Assembly: GCA_018400815.1 (NCBI GenBank)
Contig: JAGYLS010000012.1
Span: 1 to 34,270 of the forward strand
Length of the DNA: 34,270 nt
DNA from: Candidatus Oleincola secundus
Lineage (GTDB): Bacteria > Atribacterota > Phoenicimicrobiia > Phoenicimicrobiales > Stramentimicrobiaceae
Direction: 5' to 3'
This document shows, in pieces, positions 18,511 through 28,507 of the stretch. A model generated the notes under the pieces. It saw only the letters and a program-made list of their open reading frames with translations. It did not search any database and was not told the origin of the DNA. Within the stretch, counting starts at the first letter, position 1; each line of letters opens with the position of its first letter. The translations under genes were made by a program, and so were the position numbers.

Positions 18511-18573
18511 CGTAGAACTTACCAAAAATGGTTTATCCCTGCTTCCCCTCTATGTCGGAGGTACCCCAAGCAG

Positions 18574-18732
18574 ACAATCATGGCAAGTCTTCTGGCTCCC
18601 AGCCCTTTATTTGAATCATCCTTCCCACCTGCTGGGCAGTGAATGATACAGGGTTACGCTGGTTACAGATGCGACAACAGCAACGGCTTTGCACCGTTTT
18701 CCTTTTTAATCAAACAAGAACCATCATTGCAA
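18574..18732 (-). promoter_or_regulatory. Cobalamin riboswitch
   Basis: Minus strand GGTTC...TTAAAAAGGAAAACGGTGCAAAGCCG...GCATCTGTAA...CACTG...GGGAAGG...AGCCAGAAGACTTGCC (B12 box). Confidence 0.92.
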
Positions 18733-18761
18733 GACAACTTTATTCAATTTTTATTTAAGTT

Positions 18762-18790
18762 ATTTTAACATACGGTAAAATGAATCACAA
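18762..18790 (-). promoter_or_regulatory. Promoter for the riboswitch-btuB unit
   Basis: TTGTGA-N17-TAAAAT with extended -10 TG. Confidence 0.5.
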
Positions 18791-18856
18791 TATATTTTTG
18801 ATTATATTTAAACCGTTTTGTATTCTTGACTTATTTTTTAATATTTTTTTAGTTTG

Positions 18857-19609
18857 CTATGCCAGAACCACAATGGGTATTCCGTTATAATTATCGACAT
18901 AAGCATTGACATCATATACTGCCAGTATATTTTTAGAGTTAATGACATCACTATTACCTTTGGAATAAATCATCCCATCTTTTAACATAATAAACTTATC
19001 AGAAAATCTCAAAGTAAGATTTAAATCATGCATGACAACAATAGAAGAAATATTTTGAGATTTGGAAATATCCCTTATAATTTTCATTACTGCCATTTGA
19101 TTTTTCAAATCAAGGTTATTGGTTGGTTCATCTAACAGGAGTATCTGGGGTTCCTGAACTAATGCTCTGGCAATAACTACTTTCTGCAGCTCTCCGCCGC
19201 TCAGCTCTTTGGTATATCTCAAGGCATGCTCTTCCAGATTCATAAGCCGTAAAATATTACCGGTTATCTCCAGGTCTTTTTTCGAAACTTCCCATTTTAT
19301 ATGTGGCTTTCTACCCAACAATACAGCATCGAAGACATTTATATAATTACCATTAACACTCTGTGAAACATAGGCCATTTTTCTGGCAATTTCTTCACTA
19401 TTAAGTGTATTAAGATTAAAATTGTCAACCAATATTGCCCCTTTTTTGGGTTTCAGCATTCTATTAACACACTTCAAAAGGGTGGATTTCCCGGCACCAT
19501 TGACACCAAGAATAGAGACAACCTCACCTTTATTTACTTTAAATTTTACATTCTTTAAAACACTTTTACTTTGATATGAGAATTCAACATCGTCAACCGA
19601 AAGAATCAT
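18857..19609 (-). CDS. Iron-chelate/cobalamin ABC transporter ATPase (FecE/BtuD family)
   Basis: [24 protein letters not shown] and VMHDLN. Confidence 0.93.
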   Translation of the reverse strand: MILSVDDVEFSYQSKSVLKNVKFKVNKGEVVSILGVNGAGKSTLLKCVNRMLKPKKGAILVDNFNLNTLNSEEIARKMAYVSQSVNGNYINVFDAVLLGRKPHIKWEVSKKDLEITGNILRLMNLEEHALRYTKELSGGELQKVVIARALVQEPQILLLDEPTNNLDLKNQMAVMKIIRDISKSQNISSIVVMHDLNLTLRFSDKFIMLKDGMIYSKGNSDVINSKNILAVYDVNAYVDNYNGIPIVVLA

Positions 19610-19706
19610 GATAGAAATCTCCCTATTTTTTACTTTATTCTTTCTTTATTATATCACTCATAATTAATTTTTTTTATTTTATTTTAGTTATGCTTCCGGC
19701 AATCTA

Positions 19707-20792
19707 TTATTTATACATTTTTATCAGTAAATACAGAAACAAAGGGGCTCCCATAAAGGATGTCAATATACCGACAGGCAATACAATCGGGGATATAATT
19801 GTTCTGGCAATGGTGTCCGAAACTAGCAATAGAATTGCACCAAATAAGGCAGATATGGGAATTAGGAACCTATAATCTCCCCCTATTAATATCCTTATTA
19901 AATGAGGACATATTAATCCCACAAATCCGATTATACCCAAAAACGCTACATTGACTGAAACCAAAAGTGATGCTATAAGCATACTCACTAATCTTGTTTT
20001 CTCTGTATTCACTCCCAATGATTTCGCGCTTTCTTCACCACTTTCCAATGCATTATAATCCCAGCGTTTATAGATAAAATATATTAAAGAAATAAGCATA
20101 ACAATAGCCATAATGCCAACTTCAGCCCAAAGTGGTCTGCCCAAATCTCCAAAAGTCCAGTAAACCATAGAGGCTAACTGCAAGTCATTGGCAAAATATT
20201 GTATAACCATCGTCCCTGCTGAAAACAGAGAACCCATAGCAATTCCAGCTAAAATCATTGCTTCGGGTGTAAATTTCCTTAACTTTGCCAATAGAAGTAT
20301 TACCAAAGCTGCCATAAAAGACCCGATAAATGCAAAAATGGTTACTAAGTAGGGACTATTGATGAATATTTCTCCTGTGCTTTCTGCTCCACCAATTCCA
20401 AATAATATAATGGCAAAAGCAGCTCCGAACATTGCCCCATGGGATATCCCGATAGTATAAGGAGAGGCAAGCGGATTTCTTAAAGTACATTGCATAACAG
20501 CTCCTGAAACCGCTAAAGATATTCCTGCAATAATCGCCGCTATGATTCTCGGTAAACGTATATTCCAAATAATTAAATTAGCCGAAGCCTCACCTTGTCC
20601 AATTAAAGCCATATAGATTTGACTTAATGCTAACTGGTATCCCCCTATTGATAATGAATATAGACTAAACAAAAATAAGAAAGCGAGCAAGGCAAGTCCA
20701 ATCAATATTTTTTTTCGATTCAATTCTGCGTATTTTTCGGTAATATTTTTGTTCAATATCTGTCGATTATCCTTACCTTTCTCTTTCTTCAT
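19707..20792 (-). CDS. FecCD/BtuC family ABC permease
   Basis: IRLPRI, RNPLASPYTIGIS, GEESAKSLGV, GIIGFVGLICPH and LPVGILTSFMGAP. Confidence 0.93.
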   Translation of the reverse strand: MKKEKGKDNRQILNKNITEKYAELNRKKILIGLALLAFLFLFSLYSLSIGGYQLALSQIYMALIGQGEASANLIIWNIRLPRIIAAIIAGISLAVSGAVMQCTLRNPLASPYTIGISHGAMFGAAFAIILFGIGGAESTGEIFINSPYLVTIFAFIGSFMAALVILLLAKLRKFTPEAMILAGIAMGSLFSAGTMVIQYFANDLQLASMVYWTFGDLGRPLWAEVGIMAIVMLISLIYFIYKRWDYNALESGEESAKSLGVNTEKTRLVSMLIASLLVSVNVAFLGIIGFVGLICPHLIRILIGGDYRFLIPISALFGAILLLVSDTIARTIISPIVLPVGILTSFMGAPLFLYLLIKMYK

Positions 20793-21895
20793 TCAAATTT
20801 TCTAAAGGCACTATATTTATCTTTTAATTCATAATAAGCCTGCTCACTACTATCACCATAAAATTTCTTATAAATTTCAATACTTTTTTTATCAATATCA
20901 ATGTCTTGAAATTTATCCGGATACATTACCTTCCCTACATAATAGGCATCTGCAATCGCATTTTCCTTATTATATGCATACCAGCAATAAGGTAAAATAT
21001 TATGTACCTTATTCTCCTGAACAGCTTTTAATTCTTTAAACGGACTGGACTTCAATTCATTTTCTATAATAGTCAATGAAACAGGTGATATAAAGATTAC
21101 ATCTGGATTCCAACCTACCAGTGCTTCCTTATCAATATTCAAGCCGGAACTCATATCTGACAATTCATGGGCAACATTGATTACATTTGCCCAGCTGAAT
21201 GGAGGCCATTGCGGGTCGGTTCCGCTAAGCCCGTGTGAACCAAAAAAAGCCCTACCACCTATATAGGCGGATAATTTTTGCTCATCAGGAATATTCTTTG
21301 TTCGCTCATGAAGGTCCTGGGAGTACTCTTCTATGATATTAATCAGCTCTTTGGCTCGTTGTTCTTTTCCAAGGGTTTTACCAATAACCTGTAAAGATTT
21401 GTAGAATAATTTATCCTGTTCCGGGGTTCCTATAGGATCTGTATACAAAGCAATAACCGGAATTTTTGTTTTACTCTCTAAATCATTCACCTGTTGTGCA
21501 CTACTTGCCCCAATAAATATAATATCAGGATTTAGCTTTATTATTATTTCATGGTTAAAACCACTTCCCCCTACGCCCACATTAACTACCGGTAAATCAT
21601 AAAGCTCCGGAAAAGCTAACATGTAGGGCAAATCTGATCCCTGGGGAGCACCTTTTTCATCGGTTTCGGATTTTTCTCTAAATTCAATTCCTACCACCTT
21701 GTCTACTACATCAAAAGAAACAACTTCTCTAAGAGAACTACCAACAGCAAGAATTCTGCTTATTTCTTTTGGTATTGTTACTTCTCTTTCTAATGTATCA
21801 ATTATCTTCCTTTCATCTGCTGAACAAAAAATGCTAAAAATGCTCATTAACAATAAGCTAATAGTAATAATAAAAATCTTTTTTTTATGCAACAT
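20789..21895 (-). CDS. Fe/cobalamin ABC substrate-binding protein (TroA-like, BtuF/FhuD family)
   Basis: DTLEREVTIPKEISRI, EIIIKLNPDII, WNPDVIF, LKAVQENKV and GKVMYPDKF. Confidence 0.88.
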   Translation of the reverse strand: MLHKKKIFIITISLLLMSIFSIFCSADERKIIDTLEREVTIPKEISRILAVGSSLREVVSFDVVDKVVGIEFREKSETDEKGAPQGSDLPYMLAFPELYDLPVVNVGVGGSGFNHEIIIKLNPDIIFIGASSAQQVNDLESKTKIPVIALYTDPIGTPEQDKLFYKSLQVIGKTLGKEQRAKELINIIEEYSQDLHERTKNIPDEQKLSAYIGGRAFFGSHGLSGTDPQWPPFSWANVINVAHELSDMSSGLNIDKEALVGWNPDVIFISPVSLTIIENELKSSPFKELKAVQENKVHNILPYCWYAYNKENAIADAYYVGKVMYPDKFQDIDIDKKSIEIYKKFYGDSSEQAYYELKDKYSAFRKFE

Positions 21896-22039
21896 GGCAA
21901 AGCCTCCAATAAAATTATTCTAATATTCTAATATAGATTTATAAATCAGTGTTATTATTTTTATAATTGTAACACTCATTCAAAATAAAGCAAGTCATCT
22001 ATACTTATGAACTTTAATTTTATTTTGCTTTCACAGAAG

Positions 22040-22196
22040 TAAATATCACACCCGCATAGTGGGTGTCTTGAAGAACTTCCAACTTAGGACTTCAGGTGAA
22101 AAATTGTCATCTATCTTATCTTAATCTTTTTATGGTAAAACCATTTATTTAACCATTACCGCCTTCTTAGAAGGTGGTTTTTATGTTTAAATAAAA
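22040..22196 (-). mobile_element. Non-autonomous IS200-like element, copy 5 (short form)
   Basis: CACCCGCATAGTGGGTG, TTCAGGTGAAAAATTGTCA and TTTATTTAACCATTACCGCCTTCTTAGAAGGTGGT. Confidence 0.78.
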
Positions 22197-22227
22197 TTAA
22201 TATCATGAAATATTTTCACTAATAAAA

Positions 22228-22422
22228 TCAAATAAATTGAGCAATTTTGTCAAATTTTTTCTTTGATATCATTGGTATCATGATATTTTTTGAAGGGTAA
22301 CCAACTACTAAAATCATAAACGGGCGTTCATTGGTAGGCCTATTTAATATTTGATTTAAAAAACCAATTTTAGGCGGAGTATAGGTCAAACAAGCAAGTC
22401 CGGCATGGTGGATGGCAGTTAT
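22228..22422 (-). pseudogene. 3' remnant of an iodotyrosine-deiodinase-like nitroreductase; missing from the ORF track
   Basis: ITAIHHAGLACLTYTPPKIGFLNQILNRPTNERPFMILVVGYP...IPMISKKKFDKIAQFI* matches the IYD C-terminal pattern (AGLxxLTxTP, LxRPxNERP, VGYP). No start codon; an in-frame stop lies upstream. Confidence 0.8.
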
Positions 22423-22428
22423 TCACTA

Positions 22429-22457
22429 TTGACATAGCGACTTCTTTCCTGTAATAT
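22429..22457 (+). promoter_or_regulatory. Promoter for the LysE-family gene
   Basis: TTGACA-N17-TAATAT. Confidence 0.5.
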
Positions 22458-22488
22458 GCATAACAATTCCAAAGAATTGTGAGCAGAT

Positions 22489-23097
22489 ATGGAAAGCATT
22501 GATTTTGTCTCTCTGATTCCCTTTGTTTTTATTACTACTTTCACACCCGGACCAAACAATATCGCCTGCACCTCTATGGCAATCAATTTTGGTTTGAAAA
22601 AGTCAATGGGTTTCCTGTATGGCATTTTCTTTGGATTCGTTTCAGTTTTACTGCTCGCTGGTTTCTTTTCAAATATATTACTGAAAACTATACCTGACCT
22701 GGAACCAATCATGCGCTGGATTGGAGCCGCTTATATCCTGTTTTTAGCCTATAGCATTCTCAAGGCAGATTATTCTTTTCAACAAAACAATCAACAGGTA
22801 CAGCCCTTTAGTTTCAGTCATGGCTTTTTATTACAATTTCTAAACCCAAAAGGTATTATTTATGCTTTAACACTTTATTCGGCTTTTCTATATTCGATAA
22901 TTGATATCCCTCGATTTATCGTTCTATTTGCCTTTATTCTGGCTTCAATCGGATTCCTATCACTTCTGCTCTGGGCTTCGTTTGGAACATTAATAAGCCG
23001 CTTTTTATATCGGGATAAGGTAAAAAAGACAGTGAATTTGCTGTTGGCTCTTCTTTTAGCTTACACTGCTGTCAAATTAACAGGCTTCCTATTCTAA
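22489..23097 (+). CDS. LysE/RhtB/EamB family amino-acid exporter
   Basis: FTPGPNNI, GAAYILFLAY and GFLLQFLNPK. Confidence 0.92.
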   Translation: MESIDFVSLIPFVFITTFTPGPNNIACTSMAINFGLKKSMGFLYGIFFGFVSVLLLAGFFSNILLKTIPDLEPIMRWIGAAYILFLAYSILKADYSFQQNNQQVQPFSFSHGFLLQFLNPKGIIYALTLYSAFLYSIIDIPRFIVLFAFILASIGFLSLLLWASFGTLISRFLYRDKVKKTVNLLLALLLAYTAVKLTGFLF

Positions 23098-23116
23098 ATA
23101 TTTTATAATATTAATT

Positions 23117-25186
23117 TTAAAGTTCATTGTTATTAATCTTTTTTATCTGGCACATAAATACCCGATTGGAGGTAGTGCTGGTTATAGGATCTTTCAAACT
23201 GTCATCAGTTAATAGATTAAGATTATATTTTTCGCTATATTCACCCCAGCCCCAGGCAATTCGTACTGTACCCGGTACAACAATAGAACTTATTCCTGCT
23301 CTTATTTTAATACTGCCATTGGGGGTGCTAATTATTATTGAATCATCTTGATTAATGTTTCTTTCTTTTGCATCTTGAGGATGAATATCAACAATAGGAT
23401 TGCTTCCTTTCTCTCTTAAAGACTTTATATGTCTGAATTGGGAATGGACAAAATTATTAGATCTTCTGCCGCTTAACCCTATTAATGGATAATGATCTCT
23501 TTTCTCGTAAAAAGAAGGTCCTTGGTAGGAAAAACTATCCCAAAATTCAGGAATAGCCGGATAACCGTATTTCTTAAGCAAAGAAGACTCAATTTCTACT
23601 TTTTTAGAAGGTGTCTTAAATCCCTCCTGCAGGTATTTTTGATATCGGACTTTCTCTAACGAAATACCTTCCGGACTTTTGTTCAATTCTTTTACTGTTA
23701 TGCCAGATGGCTGAAGCTGGTCATCAATAGCCTCTTCCACACTTTTCCAGGGGAACTCTTTTTCGAACCCTAATCTTTGGGCAATTCGAAAAATAATCTC
23801 CCAGTCAGGCAGGCTCTTTTCCCATGGTTCAATAACCTTTTTCTGTAATCTTAGATTATTGCCCGACAATGCATTGTTGCTAATCATGGTTTGTTCAAAA
23901 GAAAAACTCGCTGGCAATATAATATCAGCAAATTCAGCAGTTTGTGTCATCATAGGGTCTATAACTGCCAAAAAATTCAATTTCCTAAATGCCTTCTTAA
24001 CTCGATTAACATTAGCCATAGTCACTATCGGATTCGCTCCCTGGATAATAAGACCTTTAATAGGATAGGGTTTTTCTTCGAGTATTGCATCAGTCAAAAC
24101 ACCCATGGCATGAATCCCTCTTTTTTCACTATACTGACTGAATAATGGGTATTCGATACTGATTGGGGTAGGTTCTTTCCAAAATGATGTCCTTAATTGA
24201 TAATTCTTAATTTTAACAGGCTGAGGAATTAAATCCCCGCCTCTGCGGTCTAGGTTACCACTAATAGCTCTTAATATCGCAAGCGCTCTGGTCACCTGGG
24301 AAACCTGACAATGCATATCCAGACCATTTCCTTCACCAATACATGCAGGCCGATTATTCGTATACAATTTAACAGCCTTAATCATTTTATCTGTTGGGAT
24401 TTGTACCACTTTTGATACATGTTCGGGTGAATAATCTTCAACTGCCTTTTTTAGGTAATTAAATCCGACTGTGTAATTCTTTACAAATTCATGGTCAAAT
24501 AAATCATTTTTGATAATCCAGTTCATCATGGCCATAGCTAAAAATCCATCAGTACCGGGTTTAATCTGTAGCCAGATATCGGCTTTTGTTGCCAGCGGTG
24601 TTTTAACCGGATCAATAACCACTAATTTTGCCCCCTTGCTTCTGGCATACAATAAATCTTCATATGCAGTAGGATTGGTATCCTGATCATTTCTCCCCCA
24701 GCAAATGATACATTTTGAATTTTTATAATCAGGGCTGCTCATATCTCCATAGGTAAATGTTTGTAATGCTTCCCTTCCTGCATGACAAACCGAACCATTG
24801 CCAATCGCATTGGGTGAACCAAATGCATGCATCAAGCGCATAACATATTGCCATGGTCCGCCCCAATCTGAAGCCTGGCCTCTTAACCAGCCCAATGCTT
24901 CTGCACCATAATTTTCTTTTATTTCCTTCATTTTAAAACAGATAAAATCAAATGCTGTTTCCCAAGATATATCCTGCAATGTCCCCTCTTTTGTTCTCAT
25001 TTTAGGCTTGTTCAATCTTTTTGATGAGTAGATAATTTCGGCAGCAGCCTGGGCTTTAGGGCAAACCTGATGGATGCTATCAGGATATCTCTTTACTCTC
25101 TGAACAGAGACAAGTCTTCCATTTTCAATACTCGCTTCAACTGGACAGCAGGCAGAGCATAAACGACATATCGTATTTATTTTCAT
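23117..25186 (-). CDS. Cytoplasmic Mo/W-bisPGD oxidoreductase with N-terminal 4Fe-4S cluster (acetylene-hydratase-like clade of the DMSO reductase family)
   Basis: CRLCSACC...CPKA; FGSPN...SVCH (candidate Cys ligand); WGRN; VIDP...ADIWLQIKPGTD; TAEFADIILPA; HSQFR; IHPQDA; no Tat signal. Confidence 0.9.
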   Translation of the reverse strand: MKINTICRLCSACCPVEASIENGRLVSVQRVKRYPDSIHQVCPKAQAAAEIIYSSKRLNKPKMRTKEGTLQDISWETAFDFICFKMKEIKENYGAEALGWLRGQASDWGGPWQYVMRLMHAFGSPNAIGNGSVCHAGREALQTFTYGDMSSPDYKNSKCIICWGRNDQDTNPTAYEDLLYARSKGAKLVVIDPVKTPLATKADIWLQIKPGTDGFLAMAMMNWIIKNDLFDHEFVKNYTVGFNYLKKAVEDYSPEHVSKVVQIPTDKMIKAVKLYTNNRPACIGEGNGLDMHCQVSQVTRALAILRAISGNLDRRGGDLIPQPVKIKNYQLRTSFWKEPTPISIEYPLFSQYSEKRGIHAMGVLTDAILEEKPYPIKGLIIQGANPIVTMANVNRVKKAFRKLNFLAVIDPMMTQTAEFADIILPASFSFEQTMISNNALSGNNLRLQKKVIEPWEKSLPDWEIIFRIAQRLGFEKEFPWKSVEEAIDDQLQPSGITVKELNKSPEGISLEKVRYQKYLQEGFKTPSKKVEIESSLLKKYGYPAIPEFWDSFSYQGPSFYEKRDHYPLIGLSGRRSNNFVHSQFRHIKSLREKGSNPIVDIHPQDAKERNINQDDSIIISTPNGSIKIRAGISSIVVPGTVRIAWGWGEYSEKYNLNLLTDDSLKDPITSTTSNRVFMCQIKKINNNEL

Positions 25187-25200
25187 AAAGACTCCCGCAG

Positions 25201-27180
25201 TTATTTTTCTGTATTTTCAGCTATCTGAAATTGTTTTAAATCAATTTTTTGATCATCAATTTGGACTCTATTCTGTTTAATTAATATGATAATGAAAATA
25301 ACTAATCCCAAATAATTAAACAATCGGTAGGGTAAAAAAAGGACAATGGCAGAAAATAATATTAAGATGTTATTAAATAAAGACAAACGTCCAAATACGT
25401 ACCTTTCCCAAAAAACAGCAAAAGCAATTAATCCACATAATACCATAATGGTAGTTTCAATAATTAGCAAGATGTTTCCCTGTAATAGAATGGCCGGGCG
25501 ATAATAAAACAAAAAAGGTAAAATGTAAAGTCCTTTAGAAAATTTAAAAGCAGTAAACATGGTCTTCATAGGATCGGCTCCGGCAATGCCTGCTCCAACT
25601 ATAGAGGCTAAACCAACCGGAGGAGTTATCTCGGAATTAATGCTAAACCAAATCATAATCATATGAGCAATAAGTACAGGGAATCCTAGCTCAATTAAGC
25701 TGGGTCCGGCTGTAATGGCAACAATAATATAGGCAGCACTGCTTGGTAATCCCATACCAAGTATAGTAGAAATAAGACCTACAAGTAAAATTGCTAAAAA
25801 GGTGCTTTCATTGCTGAGACCTGATAGAAACCAGGATATTTTTAAACCAAGTCCGCTTAAACCGACCATTGCTAAAATAATACCAATACAGGGAACAATA
25901 CTTCCAATATAAAGTGAGTGTTTACCACCCAATACCAGAGCTCGATAAACAAAGGATAAATCCAAATGGCGTTTTTGAATCATGTGAATTATAACAAGAA
26001 CAAAAATTCCGCTTAGAGCCGCAAGATTGGGAGAAAAACCCATCACCATTACAATAATAATAAAAAGCAAAGAAAAGAAATAATACCATCCTCTTTTTAG
26101 CAACTCAGTCCATTTTTCGATGTTATCTGAATTAATTATTCCAACCTGCTGTTTCCTGGCTTCAATATGAACAAATACATACAATGTAATGTAATATAAT
26201 ATAATTGGTAAAGCGGCTACAGATATTATCGTCAAATAAGGTATTTGCGTTAATTCCACCATAATAAAGGCGACCGCCCCCATAACAGGCGGCATAATTT
26301 GTCCCCCTGTGGAAGCCGAAGCTTCTATGGCTCCGGCAATATAAGGCGGGTAGCCTATGCGTTTCATCATAGGAATGGTAAAGACTCCGGTTGAGGATAC
26401 ATTGGCAATTGCACTACCGGATACAGAACCCAATAAAGCACTACCTATAATAGCTGCTTTTGCCGGTCCACCTACTGTCTTTCCGGTTAAGGAAAAAGCC
26501 AGTTTGATAAAAAACTCGCCAGCTCCTGTTTCCTCCAAAAAAGCACCGAACAGAATGAAAGGAATCACATATTGAATCATAATCCTGCTTACCATACCAT
26601 AAAAACCTTCCATCCCACAAAATACCTGGCTGACAATTGTTTGCATCGAAAATCCAGCATGCCCGAACATCCCTGGGATCATATTACCAAAAAGAGCATA
26701 TAACAGCATGAAACCTGCTGTCAAAGTCAGCGACCAACCGATAACCCGTCTACCGATATCCAATCCTATAATTATCATTACTATACCTAGAAAGATATCC
26801 AGCGAATTGAGGGAACTTAAACGGGCAAAACGAGTATATGGCTGATACATAATATAGAATGAACTTAATAAAATCAATAAAATAATTATATAATCTATTA
26901 ATAGCGAAGTATGTTTATTTATCCCTCGGGAAAAAGGATAGCTTATCGTACACAAAACTAAAACAAGCATCAAATAAAGTGCACGTTTGGTCATCATATC
27001 AAAAGTAACATCGAATGCCCAATAAAGGATTAGAAAAGACAATAAAGCCATTCCCAGTTGAATAATTATCTTCTCAAATTGATTAAAAGTCCGTTCTTTT
27101 TTAGATAATTCAGGTACTACTATTTCTTCTTGTCTATTATCATCTGTATTTGAAATATATGGGCTTACTCCTTTTTTCAT
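25201..27180 (-). CDS. TRAP transporter 4TM/12TM fused permease (TAXI type)
   Basis: GGPAKAA, GSVSGSAIANV, EASASTGGQIMPPVMGA, LGMGLP and ITPPVGLA. Confidence 0.95.
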   Translation of the reverse strand: MKKGVSPYISNTDDNRQEEIVVPELSKKERTFNQFEKIIIQLGMALLSFLILYWAFDVTFDMMTKRALYLMLVLVLCTISYPFSRGINKHTSLLIDYIIILLILLSSFYIMYQPYTRFARLSSLNSLDIFLGIVMIIIGLDIGRRVIGWSLTLTAGFMLLYALFGNMIPGMFGHAGFSMQTIVSQVFCGMEGFYGMVSRIMIQYVIPFILFGAFLEETGAGEFFIKLAFSLTGKTVGGPAKAAIIGSALLGSVSGSAIANVSSTGVFTIPMMKRIGYPPYIAGAIEASASTGGQIMPPVMGAVAFIMVELTQIPYLTIISVAALPIILYYITLYVFVHIEARKQQVGIINSDNIEKWTELLKRGWYYFFSLLFIIIVMVMGFSPNLAALSGIFVLVIIHMIQKRHLDLSFVYRALVLGGKHSLYIGSIVPCIGIILAMVGLSGLGLKISWFLSGLSNESTFLAILLVGLISTILGMGLPSSAAYIIVAITAGPSLIELGFPVLIAHMIMIWFSINSEITPPVGLASIVGAGIAGADPMKTMFTAFKFSKGLYILPFLFYYRPAILLQGNILLIIETTIMVLCGLIAFAVFWERYVFGRLSLFNNILILFSAIVLFLPYRLFNYLGLVIFIIILIKQNRVQIDDQKIDLKQFQIAENTEK

Positions 27181-27203
27181 TCTTTCCCTTCCTGTTTAAT
27201 TCA

Positions 27204-27235
27204 GACCGGCTGGCCAATATTAATGTCAGCCGGTC
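27204..27235. terminator. Intra-operon stem-loop after the TAXI gene
   Basis: GACCGGCTGGC...GTCAGCCGGTC. Confidence 0.6.
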
Positions 27236-27266
27236 ATAACTATCTCTAAAATACTATAAATTTTAA

Positions 27267-28235
27267 TTACTCTATCAGTCCTTGTTCCTGAAAGAATCTG
27301 ATTGCACCAGGATGTAGAGGAATCGGTGTCCATTTGGCAGCATTTTCCAGTGAAATACTTTTAGCAGCCGGATGAACCGAAGCCATATGTTTCAGACCTG
27401 CTTCACTATAAAGTGTTTTTATCATCTCATATACCAATTCCTCAGAAAGATCTTTTTGACATGCCCACATAGCCCCCATTCCTACTGTTTCAATGTCTTC
27501 ATCGATACCTTTATAAGTGCCTGCAGGAATAGTCATAGCCAGATATTTGGGATTTTCTTCAACTAATTTATCACGAAGGCCGGGAGCAAACTTTAATATT
27601 TGAAAATCATGAGTAAGTGAGAGCTCTGTTAGTCCTGCTGTCGGAATAGCAGCAATCTCCATTACTACATCTGCCTGTCCCATCTTAATTGCCTGAAGTG
27701 CTGCATCAGCCGGTAGATATATAGTCTTGTTAAAGTCTTCTTCTGGATTTATCCCATGAAATTCACAAATTTCAAAGAATATTTTATGCATGGAACCACC
27801 CGGAGAGCCTGCACATACCGTTTTTCCCTTTACGTCGAGATAGGTTTCAATCTGGTTTTTCTGTAAAGCATAAGGTTCTACCCAATTACCAAAGAGAATA
27901 CCCATTCCTCTCATATTATCATATGGATGATCATAAGGATCTTCTCCCTGAAATGCTACATAGGCATCACCGGTACTTACCAACCCTATATCTGCTTCTC
28001 CCTTATCCAGCCGATTCAGATTTTCATCAACACCGCCTGATGATGTGGCTGTAATAAAAAGATCCGGAATAGTCTTAGAAAGGTATTCTGCAATTCCACC
28101 CCCCATAGGATAAAACCCTCCACCCATTGGTCCGGTAGTAATCGATAATTGTACCTGATTTGCCGAAACTGGTAAGACAGTAAGAACACTACTGATCAGT
28201 AATAAAATTATGATAATAATCATTTTTTTATCCAT
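27267..28235 (-). CDS. TAXI family TRAP solute-binding protein
   Basis: Signal peptide; TGPMGGGFYPMGG, SSGGVDEN, IPAGTYKG and PLHPGAIRFF. Confidence 0.93.
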   Translation of the reverse strand: MDKKMIIIIILLLISSVLTVLPVSANQVQLSITTGPMGGGFYPMGGGIAEYLSKTIPDLFITATSSGGVDENLNRLDKGEADIGLVSTGDAYVAFQGEDPYDHPYDNMRGMGILFGNWVEPYALQKNQIETYLDVKGKTVCAGSPGGSMHKIFFEICEFHGINPEEDFNKTIYLPADAALQAIKMGQADVVMEIAAIPTAGLTELSLTHDFQILKFAPGLRDKLVEENPKYLAMTIPAGTYKGIDEDIETVGMGAMWACQKDLSEELVYEMIKTLYSEAGLKHMASVHPAAKSISLENAAKWTPIPLHPGAIRFFQEQGLIE

Positions 28236-28351
28236 TATAAACCCTCCATTGTTATTTATTTTAAATGAATTTTACTTACTTTTTTAGATTCATATCGCAA
28301 TCTATTTTTATGCACTCCTCCTTCCCATTATTTTTATATTTTTTCAGTCTT

Positions 28352-28507
28352 ATAAAAAAGAAAAAGCTCTTCATTCCCTTACTTTTAATTCAGGGACGAA
28401 GAGCTTACTTCGCGGTGCCACCCTTATTGGATCAAATTATTTTCTATTTTCTGCTGTTATAAATTTGACCCCTCTTATTAGAATACCGGTATATTAATTC
28501 TATATAA
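28352..28507 (-). promoter_or_regulatory. Second, partial T-box (stem III, antiterminator and terminator; no Stem I)
   Basis: AATAAGGGTGGCACCGCG (T-box core 28411..28425)...TTCGTCCCT; terminator GCTCTTCGTCCCT/AGGGAATGAAGAGC followed by a T-tract. Confidence 0.88.

Noticed and set aside
2241..22196. Repeats as a CRISPR array or a known riboswitch
   Set aside because: Dispersed, variable in length, no spacers or cas genes, and precede functionally unrelated genes.
23117..25186. Calling the Mo enzyme formate dehydrogenase or true acetylene hydratase
   Set aside because: SVCHAG resembles the FDH Cys-His motif, but the RGxxNVQG segment is absent. The AH catalytic Asp in the Fe-S motif is replaced by Ser.
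28265..28462. 65-aa + strand ORF
   Set aside because: Antisense to T-box module 2 and low complexity.
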